From contig NZ_CP026606.1 of assembly GCF_002945325.1 (NCBI RefSeq), positions 1,290,001 through 1,322,000 on the forward strand: a DNA stretch of 32,000 nucleotides, written 5' to 3'. The notes under the pieces are model-generated. The model saw nothing but the letters and a program-made list of their open reading frames with translations, did not search any database and had not been told where the DNA came from. Both the position numbers and the translations under genes were made by a program. Position 1 is the first letter of the stretch, and the number at the start of each line of letters is the position of its first letter. This DNA is from Methanococcus maripaludis (lineage in GTDB: Archaea; AGJL01; Methanococci; Methanococcales; Methanococcaceae). Shown here in pieces: positions 19,701-28,647 of this stretch.

Positions 19701-20337
19701 TTCTGATATCAATTTTTTCAATGAATTCCCTTGCTTTTTCAAGTTCTTTTTTTGCTTTTTCCCCTTTTTCATCGAATTCTGCGACACCACTTATTTCATC
19801 GATAATCTTTCTTCTTTCATTTGGTGTGGTATCTATAATTTTTATCAGGTCTCCTTGGAGGATAATGTTAAATCCATCAGCACTAAGGGATATTTTTCCA
19901 ATGACATCTAAAATTTCAGATTTTTTTACTTTCTTTCGTTTTTCTTCCTTTACGGTTTTTATTTCCCCATTTTCCTTAACTTCCTTTTCTTCATTCCAAA
20001 TCAGGTAGTAGTTGTTATCGCCGTTTATCTTAACTTTTCGCGATATCCCAACCTTATCTGAATCTACAGGCATTTTTCTATCTTTATTATCAAAAATAAG
20101 CGTAACTTCTGCGAAATTTTCCCTTTTTCCATTATGATAAGTAATAAGCTGGTTAAATTTACCTGCACGAAGCGATTTTGCCGAAGTTTTTCCAAGAACA
20201 AAACATATGCCATCAATGGTATTTGATTTTCCTGATCCATTGGGCCCCAGTATTGCAGTGAAGCCATCGGGAATTTTTAATTTTGAATTTTTGAATGATT
20301 TGAAGTTTTTCATGTGGATTTCTGATAATGATGCCAT
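16768..20337 (-). CDS. smc: Chromosome segregation protein SMC
   Basis: About 1190 aa; Walker A AILGPNGSGKSNTIDGI, long coiled coils, hinge (VVDIAGNLGKTDAEYKTAIENAGGNRLNYIVV), signature MSGGEKSLTALAFLFA and Walker B FYVLDEVDAALD. Confidence 0.97.
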   Translation of the reverse strand: MASLSEIHMKNFKSFKNSKLKIPDGFTAILGPNGSGKSNTIDGICFVLGKTSAKSLRAGKFNQLITYHNGKRENFAEVTLIFDNKDRKMPVDSDKVGISRKVKINGDNNYYLIWNEEKEVKENGEIKTVKEEKRKKVKKSEILDVIGKISLSADGFNIILQGDLIKIIDTTPNERRKIIDEISGVAEFDEKGEKAKKELEKAREFIEKIDIRINEVKNNLEKLKKEKEDAETHVKLTEELKATKYILTSKKIEFLNGILEKTKEEIEALKEMKVCFLKEISEYDAKSNDIRNRLQNLINELNEKGNEEIMELHKSIKEMEVTVDNDKKSLNGALDDLKNVNSQSEKKGQDLVETRQKIETIRTETLQKEAEINTLKTEMENLETEKKKLKSKVEESETQTEILKQQERKLSERINESQNELYNFKNEFNALENEINKKSFNLTKNKETIETLQKELEEIRSEHEDTKSLYKELEDVAVELEYSKKKVVTLLENKKEYQEKLDKSHADYIKENAKIKAMKDMEDFSLDRAVKSVLEAKLPGVVDIAGNLGKTDAEYKTAIENAGGNRLNYIVVKRMDDGARAIQYLKKNNLGRTTFLPLDRINGPEALYLYDEGIVGRAIDLVEFKPEYENLFRYVFGNTIIVENLDYAKTLSKDHKARFVTLEGEVIEPSGAMIGGRSRKKSVIKVDIDTSKLEKLAEQISELDGTLSETKDEIERLQNKNATYSTRKMELESRLKIIKDLEHKKEGILTNNGVKIKELELESRKLEEELDYLEGSKEELERKIEEFTKKISGFTTQRERISEEIASFENSEHSKRIKVIDETILNFEKKKNEFENEIKRDAVLIKEVLIPKISELNSNIKELSEKKTILEQNIQFYKNNVEKNFEILKTKKERYEDLTKDLRELTEKKEAFEKELEILNGEKRRVYGRINQNESQINSLSIDKAKYETRLEEEDRKLYVCENIEQISEDITSKIKEFDVDALESHQIDLEGHIKKLEPVNMRAIDDYQYIVDRYDELFEKRTDYENEEKKYLHLIEEVSKRKKEVFMDVYLKVAENYEKIYTEIGGSGKLSLENPEDPFSGGLLIDASPMNKKLQSLDVMSGGEKSLTALAFLFAIQHLNPAPFYVLDEVDAALDTKNAGLIGEMIKNASKDSQFIVISHREQMISKSDVMYGVCMENGLSKLVGLKI

Positions 20338-20538
20338 TGTATTCACCAAGAACCTGCGGAAAAATTTATAAAATACTATTTGGATAATAATTGCTTATAT
20401 TTCTTAATTAACTGATATATTATGTTGTTGATTTTATATTTGGTTTTTATTCCTGAACTTTTAATTTTAAAATCTAATTAATATCACACTTTAATGGTTA
20501 ATTATTCTCTTCATATTTTATTTATATACTTTATAAAT

Positions 20539-20552
20539 AATAGGGCTCTATT
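20539..20552. promoter_or_regulatory. Candidate operator half of a pair: AATAG-GGCT-CTATT
   Basis: Perfect 5-bp inverted arms, followed by AAAAA; near-copy at 20636-20649. Confidence 0.4.
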
Positions 20553-20574
20553 AAAAAATCACTCGATAGTTATC

Positions 20575-20585
20575 TTTATATATTA
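20575..20585 (+). promoter_or_regulatory. Candidate TATA box for aminotransferase gene
   Basis: TTTATATATTA about 130 nt upstream of the coding start, in the 377-nt divergent intergenic region. Confidence 0.35.
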
Positions 20586-20635
20586 AAAAATAAAAAGGGA
20601 ACAGTTAGACGTTATTGGAAAATAATAACAACTAT

Positions 20636-20649
20636 AATAGAACCCTATT
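20636..20649. promoter_or_regulatory. Candidate operator half of a pair: AATAG-AACC-CTATT
   Basis: Perfect 5-bp inverted arms, followed by AAAAA; reverse complement AATAGGGTTCTATT differs at one base from the 20539 site. Confidence 0.4.
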
Positions 20650-20714
20650 AAAAAGCTTTCAAAATAAAATTTCAAAAGTTAAACAATACAGCAAACACGA
20701 TGGAGGTGGAAGCA

Positions 20715-22019
20715 ATGAGAACCGATATTGTCAGTTCAGGAGTAGGGGAGTTGTCCTATGAAATCAGAGAAATTGTAAAGGTGGCTAAAAAAGCCGAAAG
20801 TTCGGGATTAGAAGTTGTATGGGAAAATATTGGTGATCCTATTGCCAAAGGAGAAAAGCTTCCCCTCTGGATAAAAGAAATAGTTTCAGAAACCACAATG
20901 GATGACAGTTCTTATGGATATTGTCCTACAAGGGGTCTTTTAGAAACGAGGGAGTTTTTAACTGATTTAAACAACAGCAGAAATGGGGCACAAATTACGC
21001 CTGATGAAATCGTGTTTTTTAACGGTTTAGGGGACGCTATCACAAATATTTACGGTTTGATGAGAAAAGAGTGTAGGGTAATTGGCCCAACACCCGCATA
21101 TTCCACACATTCTTCTGCAGAAGGACTTTATTCAAACTGTAGGCCTGTAATGTATGAATTGGATAAGGATGACGGATGGAATCCAGATATTGATGATTTG
21201 AGAAATAAAGTAAAATATAATCCATCAATTGCATCGATATTATTAATAAATCCTGGAAATCCAACCGGTGCAGTTTATTCAAAGAAAATATTAAGCGAAG
21301 TTGTAGACATTGCAAATGAATACGACCTTTTCATTTTAGCGGATGAAATATATTCTAACCTTGTTTATAATGGAAAAAAACACAACTACTTATCAGAAGT
21401 TTTAGATGACGTTCCAGGGATTTCTTTAAAGGGAATTTCTAAGGATCTGCCATGGCCTGGTTCAAGGTGTGGTTGGACAGAGTTTTACAATACTCAAAGT
21501 GATGAATTATTCAAGAAATACACTGAAAACATCTGCAAGTTTAAAATGATTGAAGTATGTTCGACAACACTTCCTCAAAAAGTAATTCCAAAGATAATGT
21601 CTGATAAACGATATAATAAGTACCTTGAAGAAAGGAAAAGCTACTACGAAACGGCTTCAAAGTACGTATACAATAAAATGAAAAATATCGATGGACTAAA
21701 TGTAAACAGAACTGATGGTGCATTCTATAACACCATAGTTTTAGAAAAAGAATATTTAAATGAAAACCAATCTTTGAAAATTCAAGATAGTGGACTTAAA
21801 AATTATGTTGAATCGATTTCAAAAGGAATCCCTGAAGATAAAAGATTTGTATATTACTTACTTGCATCTACTGGAATTTGCGGTGTTCCTTTAACATCAT
21901 TCTGTTCAGAACACAATGGAATGAGATTCACGCTTCTTGAAAGAGACGAAGAAAAGAGAAATTGGGTTTTTGAAACAATCGCAGAAAAAGTTGAAGAATA
22001 TTTTAACAGCAGTAACTAA
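20715..22019 (+). CDS. PLP-dependent aminotransferase, class I/II
   Basis: MRTDIVSSGVGELSYEIREIVK...GDPI...YGYCPTRGLLETREFL...NPGNPTGAVYSKK...ISKDLPWPGSRCGW; start 20715 preceded by GGAGGTGG. Confidence 0.88.
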   Translation: MRTDIVSSGVGELSYEIREIVKVAKKAESSGLEVVWENIGDPIAKGEKLPLWIKEIVSETTMDDSSYGYCPTRGLLETREFLTDLNNSRNGAQITPDEIVFFNGLGDAITNIYGLMRKECRVIGPTPAYSTHSSAEGLYSNCRPVMYELDKDDGWNPDIDDLRNKVKYNPSIASILLINPGNPTGAVYSKKILSEVVDIANEYDLFILADEIYSNLVYNGKKHNYLSEVLDDVPGISLKGISKDLPWPGSRCGWTEFYNTQSDELFKKYTENICKFKMIEVCSTTLPQKVIPKIMSDKRYNKYLEERKSYYETASKYVYNKMKNIDGLNVNRTDGAFYNTIVLEKEYLNENQSLKIQDSGLKNYVESISKGIPEDKRFVYYLLASTGICGVPLTSFCSEHNGMRFTLLERDEEKRNWVFETIAEKVEEYFNSSN

Positions 22020-22176
22020 TTTAAACACTTTTTTCATATTTTTTAAAATCAGATTTACTTAAGATTACTTTTGATTTAGGTTTATTTTTAAGTTTTAAGT
22101 AGTAGTTATATATTTTATAATAATATAAAGTTAATAAACTTGGATTTTTAATGCAAGGCCAAATAATGGTGTTTTA

Positions 22177-24444
22177 ATGCATGTAACTCATCCTTTGATA
22201 AAACCAGAAACTATTGAAGCTAGAATTTACCAGCAACTCGTTGTAGCAAGTGCACTAAAGCAAAATACGTTATGTGTTCTTGGAACAGGACTTGGTAAAA
22301 CTGCAATTGCGGCCCTTACAATAGCTGGAATTTTATCTAAACAAGATGGAAAAGTTTTAATCATTGCACCATCAAGGCCGCTTGTAGACCAGCACTTTAA
22401 GAGCATGAATCAATTTTTAAACATCGATTCAGAAAAGATTGTCATTTTAAACGGTAAAATCTCACCAAAAAAACGAGAAGCAATGTGGGAATCTGGTAAA
22501 ATCTTTATAGCAACACCTCAGGTTGCAGAAAACGATATTATTTCTAAAATTTTAAAACCATCTCAATTTTCACTTTTAATTGCTGATGAGGCACATCACA
22601 CAACTGGAAACCACTCTTACACGTTTGTTGCAAACAAGTTTAAGAAAAAATCGCATGTTTTAGGATTAACAGCATCCCCTGGTTCAAACATTGATAGAAT
22701 ATTTGAAATCTGTGGGAATTTGGGAATCGAACACGTTGAAATAAAAACGGAGGAAGACCCAGATGTTGCACCATACGTTGCAAAAGTTAAAATGCGGCCA
22801 AAACGTGTCGAACTTCCCGAAGAGTTTGAAGTAAATTTAACTCTTTTAAAAAATGCATTAAAGGATCGTTTAAGAGATTTAAAAGAAAATAGGGTAATTC
22901 ATTCTATAACTGTAAATAAATCCGAATTACTCGGGTTAAACAAAAAAATAATGGCAATGGATGATAATATAAAGTATGAAATGCTTCGAATTTCATCTGA
23001 AGCTGTAAAATTAGAGCATGCAATTGAAATGCTTGAAACACAAGGCAAAAGCACGTTTTTAAATTATTACCAGAAACTTTTAACTCAAAATACAAAGTCT
23101 GCAAAGGAAATTACAAATGATCCAAGATTTATTCAGGCGGTTAAAAATTTAAACGAAATCGATATAGAGCATCCAAAATATGAAAAGATGCTTGAAATTG
23201 TAAAAGAAATTTTAAAAGAAAACGAAAAAATAATTATTTTTGCACAGTATAGGGATACAGTTCAAAAAATTGTGGATTTACTTTCTGAAAATGGAATTGA
23301 AGCAATAATGTTTGTTGGGCAATCCAATAAAGATGGAAAAGGGATGAATCAGAAAGAACAGGCAAAAGCAATTGAACGATTTAAAAATGAGGCAAATGTG
23401 CTTGTTTCAACGAGTGTTTCAGAAGAGGGAATTGATATTTCAAGTGTAAATTATGTTTTATTTTACGAACCAGTTCCTTCAGAAATCAGAATGATTCAAA
23501 GAAGAGGTCGTGCTGCAAGGGGCGAAGGCGGACAGGTAATCGTTTTAATTGCACAAAAAACTCGGGATGAAGGATATTATCGAGCAGGGCTTGCAAAAGA
23601 AAAGAACATGAAAAATATCCTAAAAAACATGCAAACTACATTAAATAAAAAATTAAAAGAATTAACGGAAGAAGAAAGTGGAAACAAAGAGAATTTTGAT
23701 GATACAAATAATAAAGATCACTACATGGATTTAAGATCGGTTGTAAGTTCTAAAACATCTGATAACTTAGAAGAAAAGAAACCGACAAAACATGATAAAA
23801 AAAGTAAAAGTGGACTGCCAAACAAGGCAACCATAATAGTGGATTCAAGAGAACGTCATATTGGAAGATACCTTTCAGAAAAAGCAGAAGTTGAATTTAA
23901 AACCCTTGAAATCGGGGATTATATTTTAAGTGACAGGGTTGCAGTTGAGAGAAAAACTGCAGAGGACTTTGAAAACTCAATCATTGATAAAAGGCTGTTT
24001 AATCAGGTAATGGACTTAAAAAAATATGAAAGACCTTTAATGATTATCGAAGGAAATGAATTTGTTAGAATTCACGAAAACGCGATACGCGGTATGATGT
24101 TTTCAATAATGATCGATTACCAGATACCAGTAATGTTTTCAAGGGATATTGAAGATACAGCAGATATCTTGGTAAAACTTGCAGAAAGGGAGCAGATAAA
24201 AGAAAAACGAGAAATATCTATAAGATATGGAAAAAGGCCAATGTCTTTAAAAGAACGTCAAAAATTTTTGGTAGAAGGTCTTCCTGATGTTGGGCCAGTA
24301 ATGGCTGAAAATCTTTTGGATAACTTTAATTCGGTTGAAGATATATTTACTGCATCAGAAGCAGAATTGAAGGCTGTTGAAGGAGTTGGGCCGATAACTG
24401 CTAAAAAGATTAGGGAAGTTGTATCTAAAAAGTATAGAGAATAG
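22177..24444 (+). CDS. hef: Hef-type helicase/nuclease (XPF/FANCM family), full length
   Basis: SF2 motifs LGTGLGKT, DEAHH, MIQRRGRAARG; C-terminal XPF-type nuclease VDSRERHIG...GDYILSDRVAVERKTAEDF and tandem HhH (GLPDVGPVMAENLLDNF, GVGPITAKKI). Confidence 0.95.
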   Translation: MHVTHPLIKPETIEARIYQQLVVASALKQNTLCVLGTGLGKTAIAALTIAGILSKQDGKVLIIAPSRPLVDQHFKSMNQFLNIDSEKIVILNGKISPKKREAMWESGKIFIATPQVAENDIISKILKPSQFSLLIADEAHHTTGNHSYTFVANKFKKKSHVLGLTASPGSNIDRIFEICGNLGIEHVEIKTEEDPDVAPYVAKVKMRPKRVELPEEFEVNLTLLKNALKDRLRDLKENRVIHSITVNKSELLGLNKKIMAMDDNIKYEMLRISSEAVKLEHAIEMLETQGKSTFLNYYQKLLTQNTKSAKEITNDPRFIQAVKNLNEIDIEHPKYEKMLEIVKEILKENEKIIIFAQYRDTVQKIVDLLSENGIEAIMFVGQSNKDGKGMNQKEQAKAIERFKNEANVLVSTSVSEEGIDISSVNYVLFYEPVPSEIRMIQRRGRAARGEGGQVIVLIAQKTRDEGYYRAGLAKEKNMKNILKNMQTTLNKKLKELTEEESGNKENFDDTNNKDHYMDLRSVVSSKTSDNLEEKKPTKHDKKSKSGLPNKATIIVDSRERHIGRYLSEKAEVEFKTLEIGDYILSDRVAVERKTAEDFENSIIDKRLFNQVMDLKKYERPLMIIEGNEFVRIHENAIRGMMFSIMIDYQIPVMFSRDIEDTADILVKLAEREQIKEKREISIRYGKRPMSLKERQKFLVEGLPDVGPVMAENLLDNFNSVEDIFTASEAELKAVEGVGPITAKKIREVVSKKYRE

Positions 24445-24453
24445 GTGTTATAT

Positions 24454-25110
24454 ATGATCTGTATTCCTGTAATTGATGAAGATGTGTCTGATGCAATAAA
24501 TTCCGCAAAAGAAGCTTTAAAATACGGAGATATTGTGGAATTTAGAATTGATTTATTAAATGATGTAAATTTTGAAGATATCGAAGAGTTTTCAAAAATT
24601 CCGTCCATAATTACAATAAGAGCAGAATGGGAAGGTGGAGCTTGGAAAAAGTCAAACGATGAAAGAATCGAGCTTTTAAAACACGCGATAAAAAATAATG
24701 TGAAATTTGTGGACATTGAACTAAAAGAAGAAAAAAACTTAGAATTGGTTAAATATAGAAATGAAATTGGATCAACTACGAAAATTATCGTTTCATACCA
24801 CGATTTTGAAAAAACCCCTGAAATTGACGAATTAATTGATGTAGTTGAAAAAGAGTTAAAAATTGGAGACATTGCAAAATTTGCAACGTTTGCGCATTCA
24901 AAAGAAGATACTTTAAAAATATTAAATTTGATGAACAGGTATGCTGGAAAAATAATTGCAATTGGCATGGGCGAATCTGGAAAACTTACAAGGATTTTGG
25001 GTTTGGATTTTGGATCAATACTCACCTTTGCATCAATGGAAGGAAAAGCATCTGCCCCAGGTCAGGTCGACGTTAAAAAACTAAAAGAAATTTTAGAATT
25101 GCTAAAATAA
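24454..25110 (+). CDS. aroD: 3-dehydroquinate dehydratase, type I
   Basis: [35 protein letters not shown]; [11 protein letters not shown]; [27 protein letters not shown]. Confidence 0.92.
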   Translation: MICIPVIDEDVSDAINSAKEALKYGDIVEFRIDLLNDVNFEDIEEFSKIPSIITIRAEWEGGAWKKSNDERIELLKHAIKNNVKFVDIELKEEKNLELVKYRNEIGSTTKIIVSYHDFEKTPEIDELIDVVEKELKIGDIAKFATFAHSKEDTLKILNLMNRYAGKIIAIGMGESGKLTRILGLDFGSILTFASMEGKASAPGQVDVKKLKEILELLK

Positions 25111-25112
25111 AT

Positions 25113-25529
25113 TTATTCAACAATTATTTTAAACTTCAAATCTGCTCCTTTTTTTAATTTTTTAACAATTTCGCGGTTTATGTCTTTTGAAGCCTTATCT
25201 GAATTAACCATTAACGTCCTACTACATGAAAAGTCGCTCGTTCTAATTACAATATCTGTTTTATGGTCAAGTGTTAATTTTGAGTTACCTTTTCCAGTAA
25301 TTACTTCTTTTAATCCATCAACTTCAATTTCAACAGTAATTTTATCCGAATTTCTTAAATTTTCTTTAAAACTTTCCGAAAAATCGAGCATAGATTTGTC
25401 TGCAGAAATTCCAATGATGCAGTCGCCAGTGCACGTCACGTGGTTTTCTTTTGTAATTTCAAGTGTACTTTTGTGATTTGCGCTGATATTTTCGTGTCCT
25501 TTTGCGTAAATTGTAAATTCAAAAGCCAT
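25113..25529 (-). CDS. Conserved archaeal DUF371-type protein of unknown function
   Basis: MAFEFTIYAKGHENISANHKSTLEITKENHVTCTGDCIIGISADKS; HxxxTLEITK...GDCIIGI pattern. Family name from recall. Confidence 0.75.
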   Translation of the reverse strand: MAFEFTIYAKGHENISANHKSTLEITKENHVTCTGDCIIGISADKSMLDFSESFKENLRNSDKITVEIEVDGLKEVITGKGNSKLTLDHKTDIVIRTSDFSCSRTLMVNSDKASKDINREIVKKLKKGADLKFKIIVE

Positions 25530-25667
25530 TATTTTCACCCAAATACCAAAAACGGTAAAGATTAATACTTTGGAGTAATAAAGTTTTTAATTAAATAAAC
25601 TTATTCTTTTATTTAAGTATAAAATACGAATTATCGATTTTAAAATCATTTCTTTACCGGTGAAATT

Positions 25668-27110
25668 ATGAAATCTACGGTTACTAAAATCGCTGAAAAA
25701 ACGTACCAGCTTCCAGTAAGTTATAAAGACTGCATGAGGGTTCCCGGAAACGTTTACCTTGATGAATTATTGTTTGAACATCTTGAAGCGGATGTATTTA
25801 AACAGATTGCAAATGTTGCATGTCTTCCAGGTATTCAAAAGTACTCACTTGCAATGCCCGACTGCCACTACGGATACGGTTTTTGTATCGGGGGAGTTGC
25901 CGCATTTGACGAAGTTACAGGAGTAATTAGTCCTGGCGGAGTTGGTTTTGATATCAACTGTGGTGTGAGACTAGTTAAAACAAATTTAACGAAAAACGAT
26001 GTTACTCCAAAATTAAAGGAACTTTTATCAGAAATTTTTAAAAATGTTCCTTCAGGACTTGGAAGCAAAGGAAAAATAAGAATTACAAAAGATGAAATTG
26101 ATAGTGTCCTTGAAGAAGGGGTTTCATGGGCAGTTGAAGAAGGATATGGTTGGGAAAAAGATATAAACCATATTGAAGAACATGGAAAAATGAAAGAAGC
26201 AGATCCAACGCTTGTTTCAGACAATGCTAAAAAACGAGGACTTCCACAACTTGGATCTTTAGGTAGTGGTAACCACTTTTTAGAAGTTCAGTATGTTGAT
26301 GAAATATTTGATGAAGATGCTGCAAAAACGTTTGGAGTGTCACCTGATCAGGTAGTTTTAATGATACACACGGGTTCAAGAGGTCTTGGACACCAGATAT
26401 GTGCAGATTACTTAAGATACATGGAAAACGCTGCAAAAAAATATAATATTAAATTACCCGACAGACAGCTTGCATGTGCACCGATAAATTCGGAAGAAGG
26501 TCAAAAGTACTTTAAAGCAATGTCTTGCGGTGCAAACTATGCATGGGCGAACAGACAGTTAATTACGCATTGGATAAGGGAAAGTTTTGAAACGATATTT
26601 AAAACGAGTGCGGAAGATTTAGAAATGGATATAATATATGATGTAGCACATAACATTGCTAAAAAAGAGCAGCATTTAATTGATGGAGTGTTGAAAAATG
26701 TCGTTGTTCACAGGAAAGGTGCTACAAGGGCATTTGGGCCAGGTCATGCTGAGATTCCATCAGATTACGTTAATATTGGACAGCCAGTAATAATTCCAGG
26801 TGATATGGGCACTGCGTCTTATTTAATGCACGGAACAGAAAAAGCAATGGAACAAACATTTGGATCAACTGCACACGGTGCTGGAAGGGCCTTAAGTCGA
26901 GTAAAAGCACTTAAACTCTACACTGGAAATGAAGTTCAGGAAGCACTCCAAAAGAAAGGAATTTTGGTAATGGCAGATTCAAAAGGGGTCATTGCAGAAG
27001 AATGTCCTGAAGCTTACAAAGATATTGAAAATGTTGCAGATATATGCCATGATTCAGGGATATCTTTAAAAGTTGCAAAAATGAAACCGATGGGAGTTGT
27101 AAAAGGATAA
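25668..27110 (+). CDS. rtcB: RNA-splicing ligase RtcB (3'-phosphate/2',3'-cyclic phosphate RNA ligase), no intein
   Basis: 480 aa; [77 protein letters not shown]. Confidence 0.97.
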   Translation: MKSTVTKIAEKTYQLPVSYKDCMRVPGNVYLDELLFEHLEADVFKQIANVACLPGIQKYSLAMPDCHYGYGFCIGGVAAFDEVTGVISPGGVGFDINCGVRLVKTNLTKNDVTPKLKELLSEIFKNVPSGLGSKGKIRITKDEIDSVLEEGVSWAVEEGYGWEKDINHIEEHGKMKEADPTLVSDNAKKRGLPQLGSLGSGNHFLEVQYVDEIFDEDAAKTFGVSPDQVVLMIHTGSRGLGHQICADYLRYMENAAKKYNIKLPDRQLACAPINSEEGQKYFKAMSCGANYAWANRQLITHWIRESFETIFKTSAEDLEMDIIYDVAHNIAKKEQHLIDGVLKNVVVHRKGATRAFGPGHAEIPSDYVNIGQPVIIPGDMGTASYLMHGTEKAMEQTFGSTAHGAGRALSRVKALKLYTGNEVQEALQKKGILVMADSKGVIAEECPEAYKDIENVADICHDSGISLKVAKMKPMGVVKG

Positions 27111-27188
27111 ATTCCTTTTAAATTATATTTACTAAAAAAATAGTGTTCTTAATCATTATTTCAATAATTTTTATCCAAAGGTGAAAGA

Positions 27189-28235
27189 ATGAACATAAAA
27201 GTAGGTATTTTGGGAGCTACTGGAAACGTTGGACAGAGATTTATACAGATGCTTGAAAATCATCCCGTTTTTGAACTCGAAGCGCTTGGCGCATCACAGA
27301 GGAGTGCAGGAAAAACTTACAAGGATGCATGCTACTGGTACCAGACCGAACCAATTCCTGAAGAAATTGCAAATGCAACTGTTGTTTCAACCGACCCAAA
27401 CGATAAAGCTTATGATGATGTTGATATTGTTTTTTCAGCGCTACCGGCAGATCTGGCAAAAACACTTGAGCCAGAATTTGCTAAAGCTGGAAAATATGTA
27501 TTTTCAAACGCTTCAGCAATGAGAATGGAATCAGACGTTCCATTAATTGTTCCAGAAGTAAACCCTGAACACTTTGGAATGCTTGAAGCGCAAAAAAGCA
27601 ACAGGTGCTCAGATGGTGCAGTAATTACAAATCCAAACTGTTCAACAATTGGGGCAGTAATTTCATTAAAACCGATAATGGATAAATTTGGAATTGATTT
27701 AGTAAATATCACCACAATGCAGGCAATAAGCGGTGCGGGATACAGTGGGGTTCCTTCAATGGCAATTTTAGACAATATGGTTCCATACATTGGCGGTGAA
27801 GAAGAAAAAATGCAGACAGAATCATTAAAAATTCTTGGAAGCATGGACGGAAACAATTTTAAAAACGGAAACTTTAAAATTGGCGTATCTTGCAACAGAG
27901 TTCCAGTAATTGATGGCCACACTGAAAGCATATTTGTAAAAACAACCGAAGAAGCAACGCCTGAGGAAGTTGCAAAAGCAATGAATGAATTTGATCCATT
28001 AAAAGGTTTAAATTTACCAAGCTACGCAAAACCAATTGTTTTAAGGGAAGAAAATGACAGACCTCAACCAAGACTTGACAGAAATACTGGAAAAGGAATG
28101 TCAATCGTTGTTGGAAGGGTTAGAAAAGACCCGATCTTCACTGTAAAATACACTGCACTTGAACACAACACAATAAGGGGAGCTGCAGGAGCAAGTGTTT
28201 TAAATGCTGAATTGTTCGTTCAAAAATACCTTTAA
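27189..28235 (+). CDS. asd: Aspartate-semialdehyde dehydrogenase (archaeal/fungal type)
   Basis: [22 protein letters not shown]; NPNCSTI catalytic Cys motif; [32 protein letters not shown]. Confidence 0.95.
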   Translation: MNIKVGILGATGNVGQRFIQMLENHPVFELEALGASQRSAGKTYKDACYWYQTEPIPEEIANATVVSTDPNDKAYDDVDIVFSALPADLAKTLEPEFAKAGKYVFSNASAMRMESDVPLIVPEVNPEHFGMLEAQKSNRCSDGAVITNPNCSTIGAVISLKPIMDKFGIDLVNITTMQAISGAGYSGVPSMAILDNMVPYIGGEEEKMQTESLKILGSMDGNNFKNGNFKIGVSCNRVPVIDGHTESIFVKTTEEATPEEVAKAMNEFDPLKGLNLPSYAKPIVLREENDRPQPRLDRNTGKGMSIVVGRVRKDPIFTVKYTALEHNTIRGAAGASVLNAELFVQKYL

Positions 28236-28238
28236 AAT

Positions 28239-28260
28239 CCTTTTTTCTTTTTATTTTTTA
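28239..28260 (+). terminator. Poly-T tract terminator downstream of asd
   Basis: CCTTTTTTCTTTTTATTTTTTA immediately 3' of the asd stop. Confidence 0.5.
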
Positions 28261-28369
28261 AAATTTAATCCATGTATTCAGATGTTTTTTAAATATATTA
28301 AAATTAATCGATATATTGATAGTTATAAATATATCCTGTTTTGAATTATACTAGTATCAAGGTGATAGA

Positions 28370-28540
28370 ATGCTCCAGTGGAATTTGCAGTGTCCAAACT
28401 GTAAAAAAAGAATTACTTATCGTGTAGATGTCTGTATATGTAAAGCCGCAGAAGTTGAAATTCCAAACTGCGAATCTTGCGGTACAAAAATGGAAATAGA
28501 TGTTTCAGGACTCAAAGGTAGAAGAAGAGTAAAAAAATGA
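28370..28540 (+). CDS. Small Zn-ribbon protein (56 aa); missing from ORF track
   Basis: Manual translation: MLQWNLQCPNCKKRITYRVDVCICKAAEVEIPNCESCGTKMEIDVSGLKGRRRVKK*; GGTGAT SD; TATA-like TTATAAATATA upstream. Confidence 0.85.
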   Translation: MLQWNLQCPNCKKRITYRVDVCICKAAEVEIPNCESCGTKMEIDVSGLKGRRRVKK

Positions 28541-28606
28541 ATAAAATTACAGTAATGCCGAAAACCCGAAAATTGTAATCCCTATAAATATTAAAACCTG
28601 AGAATA

Positions 28607-28637
28607 ATTGTTTAAACTTAACTTAATTGTAAACAAT
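28607..28637. promoter_or_regulatory. Inverted repeat upstream of MFS gene: ATTGTTTA-N15-TAAACAAT
   Basis: Perfect 8-bp arms; 2 nt before the GGTG SD of the MFS gene and downstream of a TATA-like CTATAAATATT. Confidence 0.5.
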
Positions 28638-28647
28638 CGGTGTATCG

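Noticed and set aside
17717-20267. Several plus-strand and one alternate minus ORF (17717-18025, 18546-18767, 19217-19402, 19639-19911, 19682-20008, 20064-20267)
   Set aside because: All lie inside the well-supported smc gene; repetitive Ser/Phe composition is the antisense of Lys/Glu coiled-coil codons.
24258-25025. 255-aa minus ORF
   Set aside because: Antisense to aroD and the end of hef; composition typical of shadow ORFs and no homology recognised.
27140-27165. ATTATTTCAATAAT inverted repeat between rtcB and asd
   Set aside because: 2-nt loop and all-AT arms make it a weak hairpin and likely chance.
27410-27931. 173-aa minus ORF and 27229-27522 plus ORF
   Set aside because: Shadow frames of asd, which carries complete catalytic motifs.
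28307-28320. Near-palindrome ATCGATATATTGAT upstream of the Zn-ribbon gene
   Set aside because: Short, imperfect and AT-rich; not distinguishable from chance without comparative data.
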